Of a DNA stretch of 64,000 nucleotides, positions 40,074 through 51,894 are shown in pieces. Every line of letters begins with the position of its first letter. Position 1 is the stretch's first letter. Made by a program: the position numbers and the translations under genes. The notes beneath the pieces are model-generated. The model made no database searches. It had not been told where the DNA came from and saw only the letters and a program-made list of their open reading frames with translations. This DNA comes from a virus. The stretch is taken from positions 32,001-96,000 of the IMG/VR virus record IMGVR_UViG_3300009157_000001. One strand, 5' to 3'.

Positions 40074-41668
40074 ATAGCCAGGATTTTTAGTAGTTCCTTG
40101 ATCCTGCTTTCCCAGGTATGTTTACTATGTACCAGATTACACCCGGTTATGGCTATGTCCTTCCTGAGCTTATCCTGGCCCAGATAGTAGTCTATCTTCT
40201 CACAGAGCTCATCTGTATCCACCCAGGTGTCCAACTCCCATCCTGGTCTGAAATCCTTCTCTAGGCCTGGATAATAGTGGCTCAGACAGAATGCTCCGGA
40301 TCCCATAATTCTAAAGATTCTATCAGAAGAATACCTCTCATAGTTAAAGTGGGAGAAGTTAATAGCAATTTTACATCCTCTATAACAGTCTGCTTCTCCC
40401 TGAATATCATTCATCAGGTTACCTGCTGCAAGAGATGACCAATTACCTCCATATACCCCGAATTTCTCACCATATTTAGTGGCCAGGAGCTTAACCATCT
40501 CAGTTCTAGCTACTGATAGAGGAAACTGAGTATTATAGTTATTACCCAGAAATACTATCTCAGGCCAGGTCTTTTTAGGTTCACCTGCTATAAAGATCTC
40601 ATTATCAAATCCTATTTGTAAATACTGAGATTTTACTCCTAGTCTTTTTATCCTTTCTACATCAGTCTCATTAGAAAAACAAGTAAGATCTACATGTTTA
40701 CCAAGTTCTGCATACCACTTTTGCTGCGGGAACCTGACATCTCCGGACCAGTTAACAAACTGAGTATTAGGACACAAAGATCTCATTGTAATGATAGTCC
40801 CGGGATCCACAATATTAGCAGTCTGAACATGCATAAAGACAAGATTGTACTGATCTGCTTGTTGTGAAGCAATCATCAGTTTTCTTAGTTCAGGAACCTT
40901 TCCCTGATAATCTGTCCATTTAATAAATTTATACTTAGTTGCTATCTTAGCAAATACTTTCTCCAAAGGAGCCTGATCAAATCCTACATGTAGTATCTTC
41001 ATAGATTTCTTTGTTACTGAGCTAGTTACAGTCTGAGTAGTGTTTAGAGAACTTAAGGTACAGGGTTCTACAAAATGATAAGGGCCCGGTACTGTATCTA
41101 TTCCGGATTTATAGTTTCTTACCTTGGATAGATGAAGATGATGAAATATCACATCCTTGGAAGGATTGAGTATCTGATACCCTTGTTCTTTTATTTCCTG
41201 TGCTATCCGATTATCACATCCGGGAACCCCAATACCATAGAAACCAGGTATTTCCTTAATTGGAGACCTGAATATCCACACGTCCTGAGAGTCTTTTCTT
41301 ACATAATGCTTACTTGATCTACTAGACATAATATCCCACCGGGATAATGCATAGCACTGACTATCTGTTATACCCTTAATCTTTTCTATTGCACCTTCTG
41401 ATGGATATAAGTCTGTGTTAGCTATAATCACTATATCTCCATCCTTGGAGATGTGATTACCTACACTGAACATATCCCTGTACCTTATCCGGCCTTCCAT
41501 ATATTCAACCACGAGCTTCTCTGACTTAACAGGAAGCTCACAGTTAGTAAATACATGAACCAGGTCAATTTGAGGATGATTTATTACATTCTGAAGACAG
41601 GTTGTTAGTTCCTCTCTTCTTCTTTCATCCTTTTCCTCATACCATGATAATAAATAGATGACTCTCAT
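40070..41668 (-). CDS. Two-domain glycosyltransferase (GT-A-like + CgeB/GT1_2-like)
   Basis: ANTD, ALSRW, SQDVW, GCDNR; C-terminal SDRIFRIMGSG...HTWESR. Confidence 0.8.
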   Translation of the reverse strand: MRVIYLLSWYEEKDERRREELTTCLQNVINHPQIDLVHVFTNCELPVKSEKLVVEYMEGRIRYRDMFSVGNHISKDGDIVIIANTDLYPSEGAIEKIKGITDSQCYALSRWDIMSSRSSKHYVRKDSQDVWIFRSPIKEIPGFYGIGVPGCDNRIAQEIKEQGYQILNPSKDVIFHHLHLSKVRNYKSGIDTVPGPYHFVEPCTLSSLNTTQTVTSSVTKKSMKILHVGFDQAPLEKVFAKIATKYKFIKWTDYQGKVPELRKLMIASQQADQYNLVFMHVQTANIVDPGTIITMRSLCPNTQFVNWSGDVRFPQQKWYAELGKHVDLTCFSNETDVERIKRLGVKSQYLQIGFDNEIFIAGEPKKTWPEIVFLGNNYNTQFPLSVARTEMVKLLATKYGEKFGVYGGNWSSLAAGNLMNDIQGEADCYRGCKIAINFSHFNYERYSSDRIFRIMGSGAFCLSHYYPGLEKDFRPGWELDTWVDTDELCEKIDYYLGQDKLRKDIAITGCNLVHSKHTWESRIKELLKILAI

Positions 41669-41672
41669 TGTG

Positions 41673-41788
41673 CGGGGAAGATGGGAATCGAACCCACGTC
41701 CACTTCCTGGTCTAGTCTAGACTGCCAGGTTTAGCATTTGAATAGTTCCGGATATCTCCTTTATCTATTCCCTCTCTGCAACTTCCCC
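41673..41788 (-). ncRNA. tRNA-like RNA of about 116 nt with expanded D and anticodon arms
   Basis: Acceptor GGGGAAG/CTTCCCC; T arm GTGGG-TTCGATT-CCCAT; CCTGG/CCAGG arm with a 14-nt loop. Confidence 0.7.
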
Positions 41789-41789
41789 T

Positions 41790-41985
41790 TGGTGAACATG
41801 GTGGGTACTGCCCCCACTGAGTTGATGAATCCTAATACCGGACTCTTGATTGAAGAGACTTATACACCCACACCATTATGTGGAGGGTATTCCCACTCTC
41901 TCCCTTTCCCGGCAGCACTCTTAACTGCCATGGATTTATCCCTGGTTGGTCCCCAGGGCCAGACTTCTATGCCTGGACCATGTTC
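41790..41985 (-). ncRNA. tRNA-like RNA of about 196 nt ending in ACCA
   Basis: Acceptor GAACATG/CATGTTC-ACCA; T arm GTGGG-GGCAGTA-CCCAC; multi-hairpin body. Confidence 0.7.
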
Positions 41986-44034
41986 ATAAGATTGGACTAT
42001 TGATAGGCTTGCAAGCTCCAGAGCGATGATCCCTCCTCTACTATTGTCCTTGTTGATTTTTCACAACTAAGTGGGTCCTGAGACAGCTTTCCTGATATCA
42101 ATAATCCAAATTCTTCAAATAACTTTGATAATAGGGGTTTCTCCCCTTCTGTAGATATATTCCCTTTTTGGGATAGTTTTCTTCTTAGTTTTGATCCCCA
42201 GTGCTTTCCTTCTGGCATTCTCTTCATTTAAAGCCCAGACTGTTTTATCACCAATTGTGAACTCCATGAGTCCATTACTCATTCTGGTGTGTCTTTGAGC
42301 ATTATAAATCCGGGTCTTTTCCTGCTCAATCATCTGCTCCAGATCCTCATCACTCATCTTTCTCATTCTCTTCTGATTACCTCCTGCAAACATCATCATT
42401 GCTGCTGCCATCAGTCCTGCACTTGATCTCATTGGTTGTTGTGCCATGGTTTTATTGGTTTTTAGAGTTACAAATATAATAAATTTCTTAATCTCTCAAT
42501 TTGTGATGAATACACCCAAAATCCTTTGTTGTATAGACAGCATTTCCTGAATTAAAAGGTTTTTTCTGATCAGGATACTCCCCCGGTCTCAAAATACCCA
42601 CTCGGGGTCCTGTACTTACACCTGATAATTTACTACAGAATGATGCCGGGTTTGTGTAAAGAAGGACCTCCCAAAACCTACAGTTCTTACAAGCTATGAG
42701 TTTATCCATATTCAAGTTTTAAGAAGAATACTAATCTAGTAAGAGCTTGGAAGTCCTCATAGTTTGTCTCAGGCCAGAATCCTATATCAGTAGAATATCC
42801 ATATATTTTTGAGATCTTCTCTCTTATCTCAACTGTTCCCACAAATCCAAGCTTTTTAAAAATAACAAGGGAGGTACTATGATCAGTAGCAGCCATAAAA
42901 AGACCACCTTTTCCTCCTATAGAGACTTTATAGACACGACTCCCTATAGATATATTCTGATTTAGTTTAACTGGTCTATCAAAAGTCAATCTCGAGATCT
43001 TCCGGTGTTCCATGTTTTAACAGTCCTGAATAATACTGATCATAGATCCAATGAGGTACCCCGGATTCTGATACTTTTTCCAGATACTCTTCATGCTCCT
43101 GAATAAAAGGATCCTCGGATACTTTTTCTTTCTTAAGTGAATTACTCATAGTGTCCATGATTTGTATAAGTCTCAGATGATTTAGCAGGAACATCCTTTG
43201 CCCCGATCTTTTCATATAGAAGATCTATTATTTTGTATAAGGAGAAACCTCCTAAAACTAAGAGAAAGGCTCCTAAGAGATAAGTGAGAATCTTCTTCTT
43301 CATTGTACCCTCCAAACTCTTATCCAATTCTCTGATTTGGAACTTCTTATCATGAACTTCCATTTCTGTCCTTTATCTGTGTACTTTTTAAAACTCTGTA
43401 TAGCAGAATATATTGACATATGACTAAGTCTGTCATAAGGGATCTTAAAAGAATCTCCCACAACCATCTTGTCAAATGGGTATTTCCTGGATCCTTTTCT
43501 TCTGCAAATAGGTACTCCTTTTTCAATTTTGATTTTTTTCATTGTCTTTTATTTATATGTTGGTAATAGGGGATTTGGGGAGACCAGGATCATTCCTGGT
43601 CCTCCTCCCCTTGTCTGGAAACTCTGCCTAGTAAGAAAGTTATCTCAGTTCTTTCTTTCTTGTTCCCTTCTTTTCCTCCTTTTAGCCCGCCCTCCTTCTG
43701 GAGAAACATAAGGTTCTACCAGAGATTCGAGTTTCTGTATTACAAAAGGTTTTGGAGGTTCTACTGATATATTTGGTAGAAAAGACTTCATGTCCTCGGG
43801 TTTTACTAGGATCACAGAAGTTGTATCCATCCCAGCAGCTTTTAACTTGGAGAGGATGTCTGAACCATCTCCGTGGTCTATTAAAATGATCTTATTTTCC
43901 ATCTCTTCTTTTTTTATAGATTTCTACATCCTTGGGTGTTGCAGGTTTTATGTCTTCTGTACTGGCAAGATGAGATATAACTCCATATAGAGTGATTACT
44001 CCTTGCCAGACTACTATTTCTTGTTGGGAATAAC

Positions 44035-45769
44035 TCATATCCTTTTCAGTATCTGAGGTTTTATTATACTCTGAAGTGCAAATTCAAAAGTATGAGGACT
44101 TTCTCTCATATAATGTACATTGATTTTATGTTTGGTAATAAGCATGGCTCTTAGATAAGTTTGATAAGGACCGTGTGTTGTGATAAATTTCTCTCTTTTA
44201 CCCATATTCTCTTCTACCCAGAAATTTATCTTGTCTCCTTCTGCAATATCCCAACCAAACACACACCTATCCTCAATAGGATCATAGGTTTTGATCATAT
44301 CTTTTTATCATTTTGGGTTCAGTTACTTGTTTGAATCTAATTGTCTCATATGTAGTAAAAGACAATGAAGGGGAAAGATAAAGTAGTTCATTTGAAAGTT
44401 TATATACATACCCAGTTCTGGGAAATCCTATTACCATACCAGATACAGTAATTATCACCTGATCTCCTTTTTGTACATCCCATCCAAATATTGCATGGCT
44501 ATTAAGTGGTTCCTCAGTCATGTATTTTGAAATTAATTATGTTCTGAGTAACATAGATCTTGGACATGTTGGGTTTACTTCCATTAAAAGACATCACATT
44601 TATATAGAAATCTGATACCTCTGACATAAACAGACCTTGTATATGTTCTACCTCATCTATATAATCCCCGGGTGCATGTTTCCACCTCTTAGTAATATAG
44701 TCAAAGGATACCCTGGCATGCTTAAAAATATCTATTCCAAATAGAGGGAAGTCCTCTATAGGGTCTGGGAATATATAAGGATTATTCTTTAGAGTTACAT
44801 GGTTCTTATCTACTCTTTCTGTAAGATTCATAGTCTTCTTATTGATAAACAGTCTTCTATACGAATTATGTTGAGCGGATCTTTGAAATAAAAGAACTGA
44901 TCAGACCCCAGTTTTATTGACATGAAGATCCCCACAAAGGGAGGATTCTCTCCCAAAGAGTTATCTCCAGATTTAAAAACAATAACTTTTTCTCTATCCT
45001 CAATATCCACACCAAATACTGGTTTATAATCAAGACTCTCTTTTTCCATAGACCCAAGATTTACCTATATGATATACACCTATATTTCTTGACCTGTAGA
45101 CTCTTCTGTTATGTGTTCTCATATCTGTAATTACTACAGTTGTTTCAAGTCCCTTTTTATAAATATGATGAATCCTCCCTGTTACGAGACTGACACCATT
45201 TCCCACATGAACAAACTTCACAAAGTCTCCGGGTTCCGCTTCTGCTCCAAATACTGGCTTTCTTTCTAGAGGTTCAAGTACCTCTTCCATATACCCTCCT
45301 TAGTTTTGTGATCCGTGTTTTAGCAAAATGTTTCATACTAGGAAAATCATGAGGATCTATCTCTATTATACCAAACTCAACTCTCAGAAAGTTCCCTCTA
45401 TGAGAAGTTCTGCCGGCATGGCTTAGGTAGATAAACTCTATGACCTCTCCTTTTTCAAAATCCAGCTCAAATACTGGTCTGTTTTCAATAGGATCTTGGA
45501 GCTTATTCACTCTCTCTTTTTAAGTTTCTTATTCGAATCTTACTAAATTCATAGAGCCCTCCGGACAAGGCACTTCCTTCTTTTGTACTTACCAGCAAAG
45601 AGGAAGTTTTTACTTCATGTAACAATCCTACCCAAGGATCATAACGACTTCTACCAGCAAAGGTCTCACTAAATGTGATTAACTCTCCCCATTCAAGATC
45701 ACAACCAAATACATCTACTAATTCCAATGGTTCAACATCATCAAATATTCTTACTTGGTGATAATTCAT
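44035..45769 (-). repeat. Tandem array of 7 small paralogous genes (PVFG family, cluster 1)
   Basis: ORFs 44035, 44282, 44514, 44828, 45030, 45274 and 45503 share the near-N-terminal motif [DE]P[LI][ED]xxP[VI]FG. Confidence 0.85.
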
Positions 45770-46029
45770 TTTGCTGGAAAAGTAGTCACAGTAATGTTCT
45801 CAGCACAGACTTTCTGCCGGAGTCCAAGCATATTGACAAAATCCACACATCTCTCTGACTGAAAGATAATACTATCTGCAGTATACACATTCTGAGTCTG
45901 GTTATCATAAGCTTCAATCAGATAGAGTGAACTGGACTGATACCCTTTTGTATCCAGTCTTATTGATAATGCTGCTACATATACTACACAGAGTAATGTT
46001 ATGAATCCTATAATCAGTTTTCTTCTCAT

Positions 46030-46469
46030 ATCTTCTTAGTTTTAAGTTTGTTATTCAGATCTCCCCAAGCTTTTGAGGATTGTTCTCCCCACCAGTATCT
46101 TATCCATCTGTATTTGAGAGGATGAAATAAGGGAAGGAAGAACCTTAAAATTCTCAAAGTTATCATCATCTATGGTTTTTACATTGGTATGAATGAAGCT
46201 GCGTACACTACTACTAGCAGTATTAATAAGACTTTACATTCTTGTAGTCCTAGTCTCCTTTTACCAATGCTATCAAATCTACTTGTAGGCATAGTCGACG
46301 CAGTGTGTTTCAACATGCCGCCTTTGCTTCTTTCGTTGCAATTACTCTCCTTACATTACAAGCCGCCCCTTTAGAAGGCTAGAGATGATTTCATAATCCT
46401 CCAGGGCCGTCCCGCTACACACTTGAAGTTATCTTTGTGTATAGGAGGGACATTCCTTAGAGGTGTTTC
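46030..46469 (-). ncRNA. Candidate large structured ncRNA
   Basis: 440-nt gap with no minus-strand ORF in the track, several complementary segments and locally retained CpGs. Confidence 0.45.
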
Positions 46470-46913
46470 TTATTTGAGCTTTGCCAGTTTCTGGGTAAGA
46501 AGAGCCATCCGGTCATCTTTGTCCATCAATTCTGTGTACTCCTTCTTGATGGCAGTAAGCTCCTCAAGTCTTTCTTTGTTCTCAATAATGGCAATCCTGA
46601 GCTGGATATCCTGTTTGTAGTCATCCAGAGAGAATCCATTTATCTTGAACTCAGGCACTGTTGTAAGTTCAAGGATCTGCTGAGATTCATCATAAGCTTT
46701 CTTCCGGGCAAGTACTGATGAGAACATCTTTATGAGCTCCATCACATTTGTCTCAGTCTCAATACTGTTGGAAAACCCATCCAGTTTACCTGAGGTCCTG
46801 TATACCTTGTCCTGAATATGCTTAAGTGCCTCAATCTTCTGATTGACAATCTCAATTCCTGATACAACACTTGTTACAGTCTGTACTCCTGTTTCTTCTT
46901 TTTTCTCTTGCAT
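46470..46913 (-). CDS. Coiled-coil hypothetical protein
   Basis: 147 aa, helical. Confidence 0.7.
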   Translation of the reverse strand: MQEKKEETGVQTVTSVVSGIEIVNQKIEALKHIQDKVYRTSGKLDGFSNSIETETNVMELIKMFSSVLARKKAYDESQQILELTTVPEFKINGFSLDDYKQDIQLRIAIIENKERLEELTAIKKEYTELMDKDDRMALLTQKLAKLK

Positions 46914-46939
46914 GATTATTATTGGTTTTAGTTATTGAT

Positions 46940-49187
46940 TTAGAAAATTGTGTATGTTTCTAGTTTTGGTGATTCTTCAAGAAGAGGTGCCCATTTCCCA
47001 CCACTATAGATATATCCTGCACCAGCATCTATACGAAGAGGGTTCTTATCTAGAACTCGTACATCTCTAGATGTTGTAGTAATATTATGAGGACTTACAT
47101 CAAGTACCCTCCCATGTCCATTCATATAATAATGTTTGGTACCTTTTGGGTATCTTCTCTGAGCTTCTTTTATTATCTCTTCTTCAGTCATAATTAGAAT
47201 ATTTTGTATGATTCCACATCAGGGATTATCTTTGCCCATTCTCCATTATTATAGATCCTGGCATTACATCCTGTATTTATTCTAAACCAGAGTTCACTGG
47301 TATTACCTGAACCTTGGCATCTGGTACTATCTATAATCTTACCAAAATACTGCCTGGGATTAAAAGTAGAGATTACAAAAACTCCTGTATTGTATCCTCT
47401 TGCATGTGCTTCCCTTATAAGTTCTTCTTTAGTCATGATCCTAGAATATTTGATATAATTCAAGTTTTGGTAGTTGAGCAACTTCAGAAATCACCGCCCA
47501 TTGTTCTTTGTAATAAATTATCTCTGAGAAGTCATGTCCATTCTTTGTCATATCACCACTGCTTTCCTGAATAGCAGAATCAGTCAAATAAAACCTTTCT
47601 GGATCATATACTGTACATATCCTATCTCTGGCAGGACCAAGATGAACTGGGAAATATTTAGTCCCAGCAGGATATCTCCTTCGGGCTTCTTCAAGTAATT
47701 GCTTTTCATCCATGACTTAAAAGATTTTGTAAGTTTCTACTTTATCTTTATGACATACTTCAGCCCAAACCCTATTGCGATTACTATAAAGATTTGCAGT
47801 ATCAATAACCCAAACTTCACCGTCCCTATCTATATAGATCCTAGGCTCTCTCTTAGATGTGTATACTGAGGCTGATAATTTTCCACTAACCTGAACTGGT
47901 CTAAATCTGGTTCCTTCTGGAAACCTTCTTCTGGCCTCATCTAATAATTCCTGTTGGTTCATAGTCTAAAAGATTTGATAGTTTTCTAATGGGGAAGAGA
48001 TGTCTTGACTATCAGGTCTTGGTACTAACTTATTAGCTCTTATACAGAGCTCTAACCAGTACTTCTCTGAAACAGAAGCCAAGGTGATTTTTCTTTCCCC
48101 ATAGTAAGGGGTACTTTTCTCAAAACAAAAGTCCTCTCCACCTCTCATATTGCTTAGGCAGTATGAGTCTTCAAATCTGTTACGACCATCATGAGAACCA
48201 GAAAATCGAGTGATTGTATAAGTGGGATCTGTTTCATGATTTATCCTATAAAACTCTCCTTTGATACAGTCTTTTGCATTTATCATGATTAAAAGATTTT
48301 ATAGGTTTCCATATGAATTTCTTGTGTTTCCTGAACCAGGATAAAATTATCAGGGTCCCATCCCATACTGCTGCCCACTTCTTCTCTTGTTCCTAGTACA
48401 CATATCCTCACATTACCTATGTCCTCCTGATCATAAAGAACTCCATATATATTTCCCCTAAGCATACCTCTATCCGACCTATCCGGTCCTTTGTGTCTTT
48501 TTATTACATCTCCTTTTTTGAATAGTCTCATGGTTTAGAATATTTTGTAGGTTTCCAAACAATTATACTTAGATTCTAGCTCAAAGTAAGATGCTTCCCA
48601 GCTGCCATTAGCTCTTCCTGTATTTATAATAGGAATCCCTGTAAGATCTTCTACTATTACATCACTAGCTGATATTTGGTCGAATCTCACAATATAAGTA
48701 ACTCCTATAAACATTCCTTTTGAAGGATTAACATGACCCTGATGAACCCTAACAATACGATCTCCTTTCTTGAATATTGACATAGTTCTTTGTTTTTAGT
48801 AAATAAAAGATAAAGTTCCGGGAGTGGTTTAAACTCTTCAACCAGACTCACACTGGTCCCGGATCTTCTGCATAGGCATCTGTAATTTCTTTATATTGTG
48901 TACCTTTCTAATGACTCTACTGGATCAATAAATCTCCCAGCTCTTTCACATATTTCCAGTCTTTCAATTTCTCCCGGGGTAGCAAGTCTTATGGTAGTTA
49001 CCTGATTTGGAGAACTTGATCCTTTTGTAGTAAAATCAGTAAACCGACCTGAAAGAGTTATACGTAAAAAAGTATCTTTATCTGGTGGGATGAATCTACT
49101 TATATATCCTTTCTTACCATTACCAAGATCAACATAAGGTATCTGATAATACACTTTTCCTGGTATTAGCTTATTATATGGGATCAT
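46940..49187 (-). repeat. Tandem array of 8 small genes sharing a C-terminal ExYxIF tag
   Basis: C-termini LETYTIF, VESYKIF, LELYQIF, VETYKIF, LENYQIF, METYKIF, LETYKIF, LERYTI. Confidence 0.85.
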
Positions 49188-49479
49188 ATCTCATCTTGTT
49201 TTGGACAGAAACATCCTTCCTCACATCCTATCTCCCGGCATCTCCAAATACCTCCATCCTGTCTCTTTGCTACAAGAAGGATAGCTCCATGTATCTTACA
49301 AGCAGGATACTCTCCCGGGGCCAAAGGGAAGTACTGATTGAATACTTTCCCTTCAGTTACTGATCTTACCCCTATAAATCCAGGTTGGTACTTGTACCCA
49401 GGGGTTTGTTCTATATCCATAAGTACCCGAGACTTAATTGATTCTTCCATACTACCAGTTTTTTAAATAAGTAAATATA

Positions 49480-49770
49480 CTCTTCCCAAATGCAGTTGCG
49501 GATCAGAAGTAAATCTTCACCGGCAGAGGCATTTGGTAATGAACCCTTTATCCTTCTGACCAGGATTTCCGGTTAGCCCTGGACCCTTGGTACGCCCAAC
49601 AGTCTATGTTGAACCCCTTACCTAAGACAAGATGGGAAGAGCAATTTCCTTATGATAGTCTGACTTCCACAGACAGCAGGCCTTAGTATCCTGGTATCAT
49701 AAATAAGTTTTGGCAGCCAGGTCAGGACTGGTGCTTCCTGGATGACCTCTCAACAATGAGGATACTGCCA
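49480..49770 (-). ncRNA. Three consecutive stem-closed structured elements
   Basis: Closing stems TGGCAG/CTGCCA, TTATGATA/TATCATAA and CTCTTCCCA/TGGGAAGAG. Confidence 0.45.
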
Positions 49771-49777
49771 ATATTTT

Positions 49778-50203
49778 TTAACTATTAAGCCATCTTGTGT
49801 AACTGATGGATAAGAACCTCTCTGTTATTAATCTGGCAGTACTCTCCTCTTTAAAGTAGCAGCCACCCGGACGGCAAGAACCGTCACGATCGCAATACAC
49901 AGCATACAGTACCCAGCCAGAGGCAGTTTTTCTAAACCAAGGATAATACTTGGGAGTATTATCAGTAAAATCTGCCTTCCAGATCCTGTAACCATTATCC
50001 AGATAGTTGGCAGCTTTTATAATAGCTCTGATCTCCTCATCAGGTGAAGGTGAAACTTTTGGTTTCTCTTTCAGGATCTTAACTGCACTTTTATAAGAGA
50101 TGAGACTATCCATTCCTTTATCATCCTTCTCAATTATCTTTCTGAGTGCTAGAGCTTCTGCATCCAGAGCATCCATACGTTTTAGTGTTTCTTTTCTGTT
50201 CAT
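49778..50203 (-). CDS. Remote DGR target protein C (YPWF family)
   Basis: WKADF...KYYPWF followed by VR-C. Confidence 0.92.
   Translation of the reverse strand: MNRKETLKRMDALDAEALALRKIIEKDDKGMDSLISYKSAVKILKEKPKVSPSPDEEIRAIIKAANYLDNGYRIWKADFTDNTPKYYPWFRKTASGWVLYAVYCDRDGSCRPGGCYFKEESTARLITERFLSISYTRWLNS
49853..49927 (-). repeat. DGR variable repeat VR-C (template TR-B)
   Basis: 75 nt, ungapped against 26936-27010; all 17 mismatches are at TR adenines. Confidence 0.95.
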
Positions 50204-50216
50204 GTCTTATGGGTTT

Positions 50217-50789
50217 TTAAATGAGATTTAGTTTATCTATAGCACTCTTCATATCATTATCTGTGAGTCCTGTCTCACTACTGGTTTTTATAAACCAAGG
50301 AGCCTGCTCTAAGAGCATATCTGCATCATCATCCAAAATAATATAAACAAAGTCCTTTCCTAGTTTATTTGAGAACATCTTCTTGAATGATTGATCTTCT
50401 TTAAATTCCTTATAAAGATGATCTAATTCCGGATTAGCATGCCAAGGGTAGACCAAATGTCTATCTATCCAGTGTTTTATCTCAACTCCCCGGGGAATAG
50501 GTAAAGAGCTTCCTTTCTTAGTCTCTGTATACCCATGGACTGTGATTCCTATAATCTCATCCCAAAGATCCTGAGGGAAACCGTGTTTGTCAAACTGCTC
50601 TTTCATAAGAGTGGAGTCACTGCACCGCCAGGAGGATGATACCACAATCTTGGCACCGGTCTGCTGGATTATATATTTTAACCTTTCCATACACAAGACA
50701 TCAAACATATTGTAGGGAGGAATATTGACTACTCCATCTATGTCCAAGAATATGATCTTTGCAGGGAGTCCTCCGGTTATTGTTTTCAT
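50217..50789 (-). CDS. HAD-family protein (Swiss-army-knife RNA-repair HAD-like)
   Basis: IFLDIDGV, VVSSSWR, RGVEI, ILDD. Confidence 0.8.
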   Translation of the reverse strand: MKTITGGLPAKIIFLDIDGVVNIPPYNMFDVLCMERLKYIIQQTGAKIVVSSSWRCSDSTLMKEQFDKHGFPQDLWDEIIGITVHGYTETKKGSSLPIPRGVEIKHWIDRHLVYPWHANPELDHLYKEFKEDQSFKKMFSNKLGKDFVYIILDDDADMLLEQAPWFIKTSSETGLTDNDMKSAIDKLNLI

Positions 50790-51025
50790 GACCTTGGTAT
50801 TTGTAATTTAATGATTTACAGGAATTATACCTCTGGGAAAGTAATGAAGGGAAGCTTCTACTCTTTCTTCTGAGTAATCAGTACCAAACTGCCCTCCAAA
50901 ATACTCAAATGCGAGTTTTCTTCCTTCCTCATAGTCCTTACACTGAATAGAAGCAATACAGTCTTTATCAAAGGTTTTGCCATTTACAGAATGAGTATGG
51001 ATTTGTCCAAAGCTTATGTATAGTT

Positions 51026-51894
51026 TCATGGTCTGATAATTTTAAATTGGGTTATGTGTCTCTTTATGTATACAGTTATCCCTTCATCTGATGTATCCAG
51101 GCCTATATAGAAAGAAGTATTCTTGTCCAGTTGACCCGAAACAACCTGGTCATTATAACAAAACTGTACATATCTTGGAGGTTCCCAGTCTATTCCAAAT
51201 ACCGGACGATCTTCCAGGACCTCAGCATGTTTCTTTTTACCCCAGAAATCCTCATCCATAAGAACCTACCATATCAAGTCTCAGATTGCCTTGTACTATG
51301 GTTTCTTCCGGACTCTGTCCTTTAAGAGCACTGGGATATAAATACACGGATTCTACTCCAAGTAATTGGACAGAACAGTACCGGGTTCCAAACTTACAAT
51401 CTTTGTACATCTTCCCATTTGGGGCTATGTAGTACTTAGTTGGTTGGTTCATGATCTTAGTATTTTAAAGTTGGTTATATGGTCTATATCAAACACCATC
51501 AGTCTTTTTTGATCTCTAACAAAACTATGATCTGTCACAAAAATGTACAAGTACTTTTGTGTCTTGTTGAAACCATTTATCTGTCCTGAAACAAATCTCT
51601 GATCGTGATAAAGATAAGTAAAAGCAACTTTCTCAGCTATCTGAATATCAATTCCAAATACAGGATCTTTGTCCAGAGGTTCCTTTTTCATCTTCTCCAA
51701 ACTTCAAAATCAGAAACTATAGTAGCAGAACAACTTATAAGAGGACTTGCTGTATGTAGATACATATCTTTTTCATGATAATATTGAAAGGTTGCCTCAC
51801 AGTATCCATGTCCTTTGATACGAAAGTTTATGAGTTCTCCTCTTTCAGCATCTATTCCGAATATAGATCTTTCCTCTAGTGGTTCCTTCTCCAT
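51026..51894 (-). repeat. PVFG family cluster 2 (51026, 51449, 51688)
   Basis: LEDRPVFGID, PLDKDPVFGID, PLEERSIFGID. Confidence 0.8.

Noticed and set aside
41790-41985. tmRNA
   Set aside because: Short, no G3-U70 pair and no convincing tag ORF; kept as a tRNA-like ncRNA
44035-49187. CRISPR array or integron-like cassette array
   Set aside because: The repeats are protein-level motifs; I saw no identical DNA repeats or attC-like sites, and no cas or integrase genes
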